Shown: in pieces, positions 25,076-35,606 of the stretch | Layout: the number at the start of each line of letters is the position of its first letter | How positions within the stretch are numbered: position 1 is the stretch's first letter | Assembly: GCA_010093605.1 (NCBI GenBank) | Contig: MU004183.1 | Coordinates: forward strand, 1,860,001 to 1,924,000 | Origin: Lophium mytilinum | Lineage: Eukaryota | Direction: 5' to 3' | Length of the DNA stretch: 64,000 nucleotides | The notes under the pieces: model-generated | The model's database searches: none | What the model was told of the DNA's origin: nothing | Seen by the model: only the letters and a program-made list of their open reading frames with translations | Position numbers and translations under genes: made by a program

Positions 25076-28000
25076 ATGCTCAAACAGCAAACCCAAGAAC
25101 CAAGCCCAGCGTTTGATAGCCACTCCCCCGCACCATCCTCTCCGCTACTCGCACTTCCAGCCGAGTTGCGCTTGGAAATATGGAAACTCGTCTTAGGCGG
25201 CATCGTGATCGAAATCGGCCAAGAACACAAACCACGCATCCCCTCGCCAGCCGGCCAGGATCCGGGCAGGCCGATTGCGTAGGCCGATTGATCACGTGCT
25301 CTTGTAAACGAACTTAACCGAATTTTATGATTTTTATAAAATCATTAAATTAAACTTAACACTAATTAAATACAAATAACTACTAAATTACGCAGCGCCC
25401 TTTCTAAACTCTATAGCCTTAATATTCTAATATATACGCTTGCCCCTAGTAAATTTAGGGGACTTAGGCCCTTTAAAAGTAGCCGGGCGCTTTCTATTTT
25501 ACGCCATATTTTTTGTTATTTTTTTTGCCTTTCTATTCTATTTCTTTCTATTTAATAAGGGTTCTTCTATATAGTCCTTATTCTTATAGTTAGGCTTATT
25601 ATTATTAACGCTAAGAATTATCTTATCTAGGCCCTAATTATCTATTTTATTATACCTACGGTAAATTCTATTCGCACGGGTTAAATAAGGACCCCCCTTA
25701 ACTACGGCATGCCTAGAAGCTAGAGGGGGGGCGGGCGTAGGTAAGATTACCCGCAAAATAAGGTAAGAATCTCTATTAGAAGTGCCCTGCGGCGGCAGCT
25801 CGCTATCTAGGTAGTTAAAGAACGTTGCATTATTAATAACTTTCTTCTCCGCCTACCCTTCTTTTTCTTTATTATACCTTATAGAGTACTCTACCTTATT
25901 AGAAGGCTCTATAGCCTTAGCGGCGTTATCTACTATATTCTTATTATTCTTATCTAGCTTCTAAAGCTCCGTGTAGTTATATTATAATAGGTTAAATTAA
26001 GGTTAGTAAGCAGCCTTATAGGCGGCCTAAGTAGCTCTTTTCTTTTTAGCCTCCTTCTCTTTACGTACTATAATATTAGCTAAACTCTTAGCTAACTCTA
26101 CGCTAGTTAAAGCCCTCTAATTTACTTTACCGTGCTTCTTTATAGGTTGTAGATAATAAACTAATAAAGGCGGAATAGTAAACTCTATATTACTTAGTAC
26201 TAGCTGGAGTTTACCTTTCCTCTTTAAATATAAGGCAATTCGGCCCTCTAGCCCTTCTAACTTAGTAGCGATGTAGCTAATGTTATTATCTAGAAGCCTA
26301 TTAACTTAATTAATAAGGCGGAGAGCTATATTACGTATTCTATTAATTCTAATAGCCTAATTTAATACTAGATTACTCTCTATTATAATACTGTCTATAA
26401 AATAAGGCGCCTATTCTTCCTTAGCTATTACGTTCTATGCTAGCTTCCAGCGAGGGTAAATAAGGCCTAATAGAATAGCCTTGCCCGTAAGGACGCTTTA
26501 AGAGAGAAGATAGGGGTATAGAAGACTAAATTAGCAAGAATTATTATACTTATAATTAGATAGAGACTAATCTTTATCTATATATAAAGCTAACGTAGCT
26601 AATAATATATCCTTAGCCTTGCGGAGTAAATTAAATACCCTCTTAAGTATAAAGTGCGTGATTTTCCCGTTTAATTTAATAAAGTAATAGCTAAAATAAT
26701 TAAGTATAATCTTTCTTAGAAGTGCAATCTTATATAAATATTTCTTGGCCACTAACTTACTAAATAGAATATTTACCTACGCCTGCAAATTTTACACGCA
26801 CCCCTTAAAACTTAATTAGGGGTTTATAAAGTACTTTAAGGCGTAATTTATACCTTTAAAATGTGTAGAGCCGGCTACGCTAAGATTTAAAAGCTTTCTA
26901 GCGAGGTGTAAGTTAAGAAAGTTAAATAAAAAAATAAGATAAGGCTAGTAGTATAACGGGTACGCCGCTTATAATATAATATACGTAGGGCGTGCATAGA
27001 CTACCCTTATATATTTTTAGTTTATAGTAAGTATATAGGTAAAAATAGGTAGACTATAGGGCCTTATATATAAGCTTGCGCCTACCTATATATAAGATTA
27101 ATATAGAAGGCGTGCTAAGTATGCCTCTATATACTAAATCCTTATAATATACCTATCTTTAACACGCGCGGAGTATATAGATAATAAAAATAATAGAAAA
27201 ATTTAAAAATATAATAAAAAAAGCTCTAAAACTTACTAGATATAGACTATTATTAAGTACTTCTCTTTAGCTACGTACGTGTTCTTAAACTAGGGCTTAT
27301 TAACCTCTTAGAGCTTATCTAGAATTATTTTATAATTTTTTTTAAGGTTCTCTATAGTTAATAACTTTATATATAGCTAGAATAACTTCTTTACCTCTAT
27401 ATAATGTGTAGTAGTATAGCCTTTACCTTTAGTAACGCCCTTATTAATTTACTTCTTTATTACCTTTACTCCGTGCTACTAATAGAGCTAGAGAATAACG
27501 CTAAGAAACTACCCCTATAGCAGTACGGCCCTTAACCCTTTTCTAAAGTTAGCTATAATTACTTTAGGCCTATAATCTTTAGGCTAAATAGAACCCTCTA
27601 TATACTCTAATATAAAGCTCTAGAAAACAGCGTCCTTCTTCTTTTAAAGGGAGAATATAGCTAGAAAGAAGCAGTTTATATTAGATACGCCGGTAATAAT
27701 TCTAAGCTTTAATTTAGCCTAATTTATATTAAAAGTAGCGTTTATTTAGCAGTAATAATTAGTAATAAATCTCTAGCTAAAGGCCTCTATATTCTTAGTC
27801 TAGAAGACTATTTACTAGAGATTATAGGCTATATATTTACCCGTGCGTAGATTAACTTTATATATATATTATAAGCGGTATTTAAAGCCCGCGGTATAGA
27901 GGTAGAGCTCTAGGGTAGAGAGGGCGTTCTCCTTTATACGCCGGTTAGATAGAAGAGTACGCAGGTCTCGGGCTAGGTTATAGTACTTTCTTTTTAATAT

Positions 28001-29920
28001 ACTTAGCTCTTAGAGGTTTAATTAACGCCTAGTAGTCTTATATATTTTACCTATTCTTTATAATTTAATTACCCTCTCTATAGCCTTATAGGCCTCTAGC
28101 TAGCAATCTTAGTAGTAAATATATATAAATGGATTTAGTATTATTCCGTAAGCCTTATTATCTTCCTCTAAGTATTTTCTATAGTAATCCGGGCACGTAA
28201 TTATAGAAATCTAGGCTATTTCCGTGCGGCCTTTATATATTTATTTCTAACTAATATATATACTCTATAAGCAATTAAACTTACCTATAATAGTCCCCTC
28301 CTTCTACTAACTACCCTTCTACTTTAATTTACTTAATTAGTAATAGTTCCGGGTTTCTAAACTATAGTGTTTACACGCTATATAGATTACCTAAACTTTT
28401 AATACCTTAGTACTAGATCTAGAGTCTCTAACTACTAGAAAGCCTTTAAAAAAGAAGTAATCTATATAGCGCTTAACGCCTTCCTCCTATAAGTTAAACT
28501 TCTCGCCCTTAACGGGCTCTAGAAGGTAGTAAGCGGGCATTTAATTAATTACTTTTTATATAGGGGCGATAAGATTTAAATATAACTAGACGTCTAGAAT
28601 CTAAATACGGCGCCGCGGAGGTAGTATAAGAGAGCCTAATTATAGCTATAGTTTATCTAAAAAGGGGCGTATAGGTCCAGGAGTATAGCATTAAGAATTA
28701 ATAAAGTTATAGTATTTTTAAGTAGGTAATAACTTAATAGATTATAGAAGTAGAGGAAACTTATTAGAGTGCCCGGGCGGACTACTTTTAGTATAAATAG
28801 TAGGGGTAGAAGTTCTTAGAGGTATAAAACTAGAGCCCTATATACTTAGCTAATAAAAGAGAATATATAGAGGTGTAAGAGGGGTTAATTTAATTAGAAT
28901 TAGCCTCTCTTTATAGCTAGGCGTATAGCTATATAGCTATATATAACGCTAAATAATATAGGCAGGCTAAATAGAGGGCTAATTAAAATGGGAAGGCTAT
29001 ATAGAAGGCTGCATAAATAGTAAGTATAGTAATAGAACTATATAAAGTAGTAGAGAAGGCCTTTTAATTAAAGATTTATATAAAGAAAGAGGGCTTTCTT
29101 TATTATTTAATAATAGATTAGACATTATAAATGTAGAGAATAGATAGAAAATAAAGATAGAAGAGAGAGAAGCTATTTAATATTAAAATTAATAAAATTA
29201 GTAAGGATTTCTATAATAAATACACCTATACGGGCGCGTTAAGGGCGCAGTTCCCCGCTGTTAATTAATAACGCATTCTTGCAGCTAACTAACTAAAAAC
29301 ACGCTAGATATAATGCGCGTACATGTAGCTATTAATTTATTGTATTAGATTAAAGTTGCGACAATTATTAGTGGAGTTGTGATTTTTTGTATAGGGCTAT
29401 TCTAACGTGGCCGTGTTTTAATTTTGTGAAGTTCATAATATAGGCGAGCGAGCACGTGATCAATCGGCCTACGCAATCGGCCTGCCCGGATCCAAACCGC
29501 TCGCCAGCCTTAACCCGGACCTCTCGCCAACTGCGTGCCGAAACCCTCCCAGTCTTCTGGGCGCACAGCATCTTCGACGGACGGCACTTAGCCATGCTTC
29601 GATTCTTCGGGCTGATCGGCCGTCAGAACCTCGAATTGATTCGGCACGTGCGACACACGGGTCATGTCGGGCTCAACACGCTCGTGGGGATTTGGTTGAC
29701 GCTGAGGATCCTGGGTGGTGCCTACGAGACGCTGGGCTTGCGCCGTGAGGCATTGCATCTCCCGGTACTGATAGCAGGCGAAGGGGAAAGCTGGGTGAAC
29801 CTGCGGGAAGCTTTGCAGGTAGAGCAGGTCAAGATGGGGATGGGGCTTTCGAAGATGCCGGTCGTGCGGCGGGTGAGTGCCAGGGCCGTGAAGATGGAAT
29901 TGGAGCAGCGATTCTTTTGA
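25076..29920 (+). pseudogene. F-box-like (LPAELR-type) fungal gene interrupted by a transposon; halves 25076-25263 and 29494-29920
   Basis: Removing the element restores one frame: SPLLALPAELRLEIWKLVLGG...GQDP|NRSPALTRTSRQLRAETLPVFW. Confidence 0.85.
25258..29493 (-). mobile_element. RIP-degenerated Mutator-like (MULE) DNA transposon, ~4.2 kb, with terminal inverted repeats
   Basis: Perfect 44-bp inverted ends GGATCCGGGCAGGCCGATTGCGTAGGCCGATTGATCACGTGCTC (25258-25301 and 29450-29493). Interior is AT- and TpA-rich with many stops. Manual de-RIP of the minus strand from ATG ~28540 suggests a FAR1-like N-terminus (EGEKF..EEGV..GFLVVRDS..CKH) and MULE DDE-like segments (DATFN, VI.ADF.KGLRA). Confidence 0.85.
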
Positions 29921-30145
29921 TAGTTGAGTAGGGCTCGTTGATCTGTTTGCCCTTTCCTTTCGCTAATGGTGGTTAGTATTTTTCTAAGTTAGCCTTTTTA
30001 TTTGAGCACGCTATTGGGTTTTTTTTGGCTTGTTAGGTTTAATAAAGCCATTAACTATAAACTCGGGTTATATCAAAAGAATAGCAGAGTTCAGCCCGAC
30101 TGCCACTTCATCAGCGGGGGAGCAATATTGGTGAGTCTTCTTCAT

Positions 30146-30265
30146 GTGTACACCGTGTTTGGCGGCGTCTGAGGTGCTTCGGAGGGGTTTCAGGTTTGTC
30201 AAAAAGATCGATTTCGGAGTTCTGAGGCCTCTCGAGGCACATCAAACGCTGTCAGGGCAGTGCAC
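30146..30265 (+). ncRNA. Candidate structured element, copy A (downstream of rvt)
   Basis: Core TCTGAGGTG (30168)..TTTGTCAAAA..AGTTCTGA (30225). Outer pairing GTGTAC/GTGCAC and GTGTTTGG/TCAAACGC. Most diverged of the three copies. Confidence 0.45.
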
Positions 30266-30476
30266 CGTCAACGCATATCTAGCTTGGAGATGACACTGGG
30301 CCTACCAACCTCACGCATGACAGATATAAAGATCGTAACATACAAATCAGGATTTGTATTCTATGATTGTGTAAGAAAGCTGAGGAGCCCATCGCACTCA
30401 TGCTTACTAGTGGCAGTATCTAAATATCAGTCGCAAGATACCACCATCGAATCTCTAGCACCGTGAACCTTAGGCA

Positions 30477-30531
30477 CTGTACTCCTAGGGTCTGTACTCC
30501 CAGGGTCTATACTCCTAGGGCCTGTAGTCCC
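30477..30531. repeat. 15-bp tandem repeat (~3.7 units) immediately after the rvt stop codon
   Basis: ctgtactcctagggt / ctgtactcccagggt / ctatactcctagggc / ctgtagtccc. Confidence 0.9.
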
Positions 30532-30534
30532 GCC

Positions 30535-33503
30535 TCAGATCTGCCATCTAACCTTCTCACTCCGCAGAGTCTTCAGCAAGCCCACCACAAGCACCTTCCG
30601 CTCGCTCACAGCCAGTTCACCGAACTTATCGTACATCTCGTCGCAGTGCTGCTGCACCATCCACTTCCAGTACGTCGACAGTTTCGTCCAATCGTTGCCG
30701 AATCCCTTGCTCCAACCCTCACGCGGGAGCTCCTTCAGGCCCGCCTTGATCTTGACAGAACCGGGGGTGTCGCCTTGCTCCGGCGCCGTCTTCAGGAATT
30801 TGTAGGCCTGGTAGAGGGCCCTGCTTGTCTCCTCGCGATTCTTGACATACTCGTTGAAGGGGATGAATGGCTTGACGGACTTGTTGAAGCGTTGGCGAGC
30901 CTCCATGAACGCCTTCTTGTCGGCCTCGTAGTCTAGCTTCTCTTGCTCCTCTGCAGCCGTGATCTTGTCTCCCGGATTCTTTAGGCAGAAGCGACGGACG
31001 AGCAGGAGGTCAACGAATGGATTGTGAATCTCAAGGCAGCCGAGTTCGACGGGAAGGTAGATGAAGCCGGCTGGAACGTCCTCGATATTGTATTGCTCCT
31101 TGATTCGCTCCCGCAGGTACTCCACGATGTTACCCTTCGCGCTCGGGCGATCAGACAGGATTCCATCGATGATACGGCGATAAGCCTTGAGGATCATATT
31201 GACATGGTCGACCCCGAAGCAGTGCGCTGGGTGCGCGAAGTTGCTGCCTAGGAATCGGCTGAAGCTGTTCCATGCCTGGATCCAGGCGAGGATGCTCCGA
31301 CAGGCACCAAGATGCTTCTTGACTTCCTCGACGTAGCCATTGACCTTGTCCTCGTCAATGACCCACTGGCCTTTCGCTGGATCGAGGTAAAGAAGTCCGA
31401 AGCGAACACGTCCTTTAGGAAGGATTGATCCTGCCGTAGACAACGGCGACGGAGCTACAACTTCAGAGCCGGTCTTGCCCATGTTCAAATCCATGCCCAT
31501 GACCTTGGAGAATTTCTGAATCTCCCTCCAGGCCGTCACGCAGACGGCTTCCTCTCCCCATACCCATAGATCGTCGTGAAGTCGGTAGAGATTGGCTCCA
31601 TGCGTCTCCTTGTTCACCGCAAAGTCGAGGCAGAAAAGAATTGCCTCGCCCATCATATCGCTTAGCTGGTGACTGTCTGGTACGCCGCGCTGACGCACAC
31701 GACGCTCCTCTTCCATTGGTATGGTGGCATCTAGACGGAATGCAAGAGGGCAACCAAGAAAGACCTTGAAGAAGTTGAGCCATTCAGGGGAGACTCCGAG
31801 GTACTGAAGGACGGTAAAAATCGTCGCATGAGGTAGGGACGGTCCGAAGGACTTGAAGTCGGACTGCAAGATCGTGAACGGCCGCTGCATCTGCGCGGAG
31901 ATGAGCATCTCGGTGGTAGCGGTACGCAGGAGCGACTGCTTGACAGCAAAGGAGGTGTTTAGATCATCTTGTCCCGCGCCGCCGAAAGCTCCGCCAATGG
32001 TGGCCTTGTTGTGAGTGGCCTTGCTACTGCTCGCTGAGCTGTCGTCTGGCTCGTCCTTGTACTCTTGTGCGCCTTCCTTCATCGAATTCGGTAGCTGTGT
32101 CATGAAGTAGGCCGCCTGGTACTCTTTGAGTCGGGCGCTTCGGAGGTTCTCCGTGGCATTCCTAGTCAGCCAAACATGTCGATAGGCTTTGGGATCCTCG
32201 GGCTCGCCTTTGCGAGATGGTTGGGCCCATGCGCTGGCCTTGAACTCATTCAAGCACTTCTTCAAGTACATGGCCCAGCTAAGACCAACGAACTGCAGCA
32301 GGATTGCTTCGTGGGTGTCTTCGTCCATGTATGCCCGAATCTTCCCATTCAGGTTTTTGCGTAGATCTGGAATGGCGATGAAGTTAGCATGGTTCTGTGC
32401 AGTCTTTTGAAAGCTTGCGGAGACCACGCATCACTAGTCTGTAGACGCTTCTGTACCACTATCTGAGGTGGCCCAACGAGGTGACTGGTTGTTCAAAATT
32501 GATTCGTTCACAGTTTTGACCTTGTATTGGGGTACCCTTGACGGTGGCAAGACATCGTACACAGACTGAGAGCTTTGGATTGTCCATCTGTATCGGGGGT
32601 TTACTCACCGATAAAGACCGGCGAATATTTCCACTTCCAAGTGCTTATCGACTCCAGGTCCATGTTGAGTGAATCAGCCAACTCGCTATCCGAAACAGTT
32701 AGCTTGTTGAACGAGGCGATTGATCCCAATGGATAGCCTTACTCTAGCACATCTGACCGCTTCTTCAGCTCAACCAGAGACTGTCGCTTGTCACCCGAGA
32801 AAAGGTCGTTCTTGAGCAGGCTATCTATACACCATCGGATCGATTGCTTGTCTAGGGTCTCCTTGATCTTGAAGTTCTGAAGTTGCTTCTGAAGGACAGC
32901 GAGTGCCTTTCCACGCCTCGAGTGAGGCTCGAAAAGCTTCTCGAGATAGCCCTTGACGTCACTGCTGGATACGTTGCCGTCGTAGAAAGCTAACGCCTCC
33001 CATTCCTTTCTCTGCCGGCTCATCTCTTCCACCACGGCACCGTCCACGAAGAACTCATCATTTGAGATGATCAACAGGCTGTCTTCTTGCTTGATTGTAG
33101 AAGAAGAAGCAGCTCCAGCCGCTGTAGGGTTGGGATTGTCATTCCAGTCCGACACGAGTTGACCAAAGAGACCAGCGAATTCATACTTAGAGCCTTGAGT
33201 TTCCAGAATGCCTTCAACCTGAGTCCGCAAGGCCTTGAGCTGAGTGTCAGAGATAGAAGAGTCAAACAAGGACTGTTGGAGGTATGCTGGGACGCTGATC
33301 AAACGACGTTCCTTGTGGATTCCGAGTTTCTTTCCTAGTCCCTCAATGAGCTTTCTCAGCTTGTCAGCTTCAGTAGATCCTTGGTTGACGTCATCAATGA
33401 TGCTCTTGCGATGAGCTGCGAACTGTGCTTGGCTCTGCTTGAGCTTGCGCAGCTTGGTCTTGGCGATGTCTTCCAAGGTAGAGGCGAGCAGAGGAGGACT
33501 CAT
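30535..33503 (-). CDS. rvt: Cellular reverse transcriptase-related protein RVT, ~889 aa; exons 33503-32743, 32685-32609, 32366-30535
   Basis: RT motifs QSDFKSFGPSLPH, RGVPDSHQLSDMMGE, LYRLHDDLW and NMGKTGS. rvt-type LNMDL..WKW..DLRKNLNGKIRAYMDED. Helical N-terminus. GT-AG introns with GCTAAC branch points give 2670 nt in one frame. No endonuclease, RNase H, integrase, LTR or RIP signature seen. Confidence 0.9.
32410..32576 (+). ncRNA. Candidate structured element, copy B (inside rvt intron 2, 32367-32608)
   Basis: Core TCTGAGGTGGCCC (32462) and hairpin TCAAAATTG/CAGTTTTGA. Outer stems GTACC/GGTAC, AGTCTGT/ACAGACT and AAAGCT/AGCTTT. Confidence 0.55.
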
Positions 33504-33679
33504 GTTGAGATCTTGCAGAGAGGCAGCGAGTCAATGAGTTCTGCAGTGTTAGTGAGTGATGTTGGCCACCTCGGGCCAGTTGAAGTGATTGGAAGAGAAT
33601 GGTGGAGGAGGAAGGTTTGAGCTGTCGTGGAGCTGGAGGTAAATAGAGCAGGAGCAAACCTGGCCTAACTCCAATAGGA

Positions 33680-33803
33680 ACGCTAGCCTAACGGGGTCCA
33701 GTACTTTCTGAGGTGGCCCAGAGGGCTATCAGCTTTGTCAAAATTGACGTTTGCAGTTTTGAATTAACGTACCAGAGGATCTCGAGCAGAGTTAGCTAGG
33801 TGT
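33680..33803 (+). ncRNA. Candidate structured element, copy C (~180-300 bp upstream of the rvt ATG)
   Basis: Core TCTGAGGTGGCCC (33707). Hairpins GTGGCCC/GGGCTAT and TCAAAATTG/CAGTTTTGA. Outer stems GTAC/GTAC, GGGGTCC/GGATCTC and CTAG-C-CTAAC/GTTAG-CTAG. Confidence 0.55.
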
Positions 33804-34463
33804 ACACAAGCTTAGAGTGAGGGTATCTCTCAAGAATATGATTGAGACAAAGTCTCGGATTCGTGGACTGCTTTGTCCAAGGGAGCCTAGCAGTGAGTTG
33901 AGAGTGAGACGGAGAGACTGACAATTTAAGGGAACTATCCTCCGGACTTATGCATTTTGACCCAAACAAGATGTTTACGAAACTTCTAGGAGCCGCAAGA
34001 AGCGACGAGAGTTTATACGAACCAGCAAAAGAGGACGAAGAGTAACGCAAGGTGGGACAGCCGTTCCCAACTTCGTTTCTGTGATCTTTGTTAGGAGACG
34101 ATGGTAGTACTTTCAGTGTACAGATTCTAGTAACTTCGAAGAACTTGAGTCATCATATTTGTCGCAGAACTGACTTACTTGGGAGCAAGCAGCAGGATTC
34201 ATGGTGTCCTGAGATGAACATACCTCCGCAAATATCAAACAGCGCTTGTTTGGCAGAGCTTCGAATTGGTTGTGAGTCTTTAATTCCTGTCACTCGACTA
34301 TCCAACCTAGACCGTGATCCCAGCCCCAGTCCCTTTCCCTATGAGAAAGGAGAGAAAAATATCACCATACTCATGTACTGACACCCACGACATGTGAGTA
34401 TCGCAAAGTGAACCCACATGGTTTCGATTTAGTAAGGTCAGTTGTTTCCTTTAAGCGTCGACC

Positions 34464-35606
34464 CTAGAAAATAGCAATGGCATGCGGAGGGCTTCCAACC
34501 AGCCCTGGAACGTTCATTGGCATGCTAGTCAAGAAGAAGGAATATCGCCCTTGCCTAGCGCATTCTTCGCTCAACTCTTCAACATTGAACATTTCGCCTA
34601 TGCATCAGTTAGAAATAGAGTAGTCCATGTAGCCAGATAAGCTGCTCAAGAAGCGCTTATACCGAACTTACCGATCGGCATACCCCAACCACCCAGCAAA
34701 ATCTCATGAAGAGACAGCTTTTCTCCCTCAAACTCACCTCCGAACGGAAACCTCTCAAAGCCTGGCGCATCTCCGGCAGCAGCACTAAACCCACTCTCCC
34801 AAAGCCAGCGCGCCATGCCAACGGACGCTTCTAGTCCGACCCACTTCGTCGGCTTGGCTTTGCTCCATTCCACCTTTTGCTCCTCATTCAGTGCTTCGTA
34901 GCCGACATTGAACCCAGAGCGCACGATGAGGATATCGCCTTGCTTGATCTCAACCTTCTGAGCGTCAGCGACGGCTTTGAGGTCGTCGACGGTGATGACG
35001 TGCGCTGAAATCAGCTCGTAAGGCTTATTTTGGGATTCACTCCAGCGGAGATAGTCTAGGAGGATTCCGCGACCAACGATTCCACTTTTGCACCACGCTG
35101 CCAGCTTTAGCACTTCTATGTCTGATTCTTGGCTCTCAGTGCGTACAGTGCATGCCTAGGGTCGAAGTAGCATTTGGTCCCGAGATCTCCTCCGCGGTAA
35201 CACCGTTGTAGAACCTCTTCTCTTTCTGATACCCAAAATGTCGGAAACCGTCCCATTGGGACGAGATCTGGTATCCTTGAGCCCCTCGGTTCATTCAATC
35301 TCTGGATGTTCTTACTTGGGTGTTCATTTCAATGCTGTCATCATGAAATGTAGTAGGCGGATTACTGCTGAAAATATTGTGTTTTAGAGGTAACCGCCCA
35401 TGCGAAGGTGGCGTCAAATAGTTGATAGGGCTATCAAGTCCGATTCTGAAGCCCGTTTTGACTTCGCTGGTTGCTTCTTTCACCACCTCCGGCGTCAGAA
35501 GGTTAAGAGTTCCGAGCTGGTCGTCTAATCCATACAAGCCCCAGGCAGAATAGGGAGGATCGCCTTTGCGGAGCGGTAGTTGATCAAAAGAAGGCCTGGA
35601 CAGCAT
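34464..35606 (-). CDS. Putative cyclase / kynurenine formamidase-like metal hydrolase, multi-exon
   Basis: AWGLYG.DDQLGTLNLLTP, DDSIEMNTQ|..SQWDGFRHF, GIVGRGILLD, GDILIVRSG, LHEILLGGWGMPIG and C-terminal SPPHAIAIF. Confidence 0.88.

Noticed and set aside
25080..25295. Two ORFs starting with identical MINRPTQSACPDP (25295 minus, 29456 plus)
   Set aside because: Artefact of translating the transposon terminal inverted repeats.
26567..26752. 61-aa ORF inside the AT-rich block
   Set aside because: Chance open stretch within RIP-mutated transposon sequence.
30535..33503. RT as part of a LINE/LTR retrotransposon or as a split pseudogene
   Set aside because: No gag, endonuclease, RNase H, integrase, LTR or poly(A) seen. 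The gap between ORFs is explained by two canonical introns and a 77-bp exon.
33700..33775. Hammerhead ribozyme reading of copy C on the minus strand (CTGATAG...GAAA)
   Set aside because: The CUGANGA core and stem spacing do not fit, and these bases are not kept in copies A and B.
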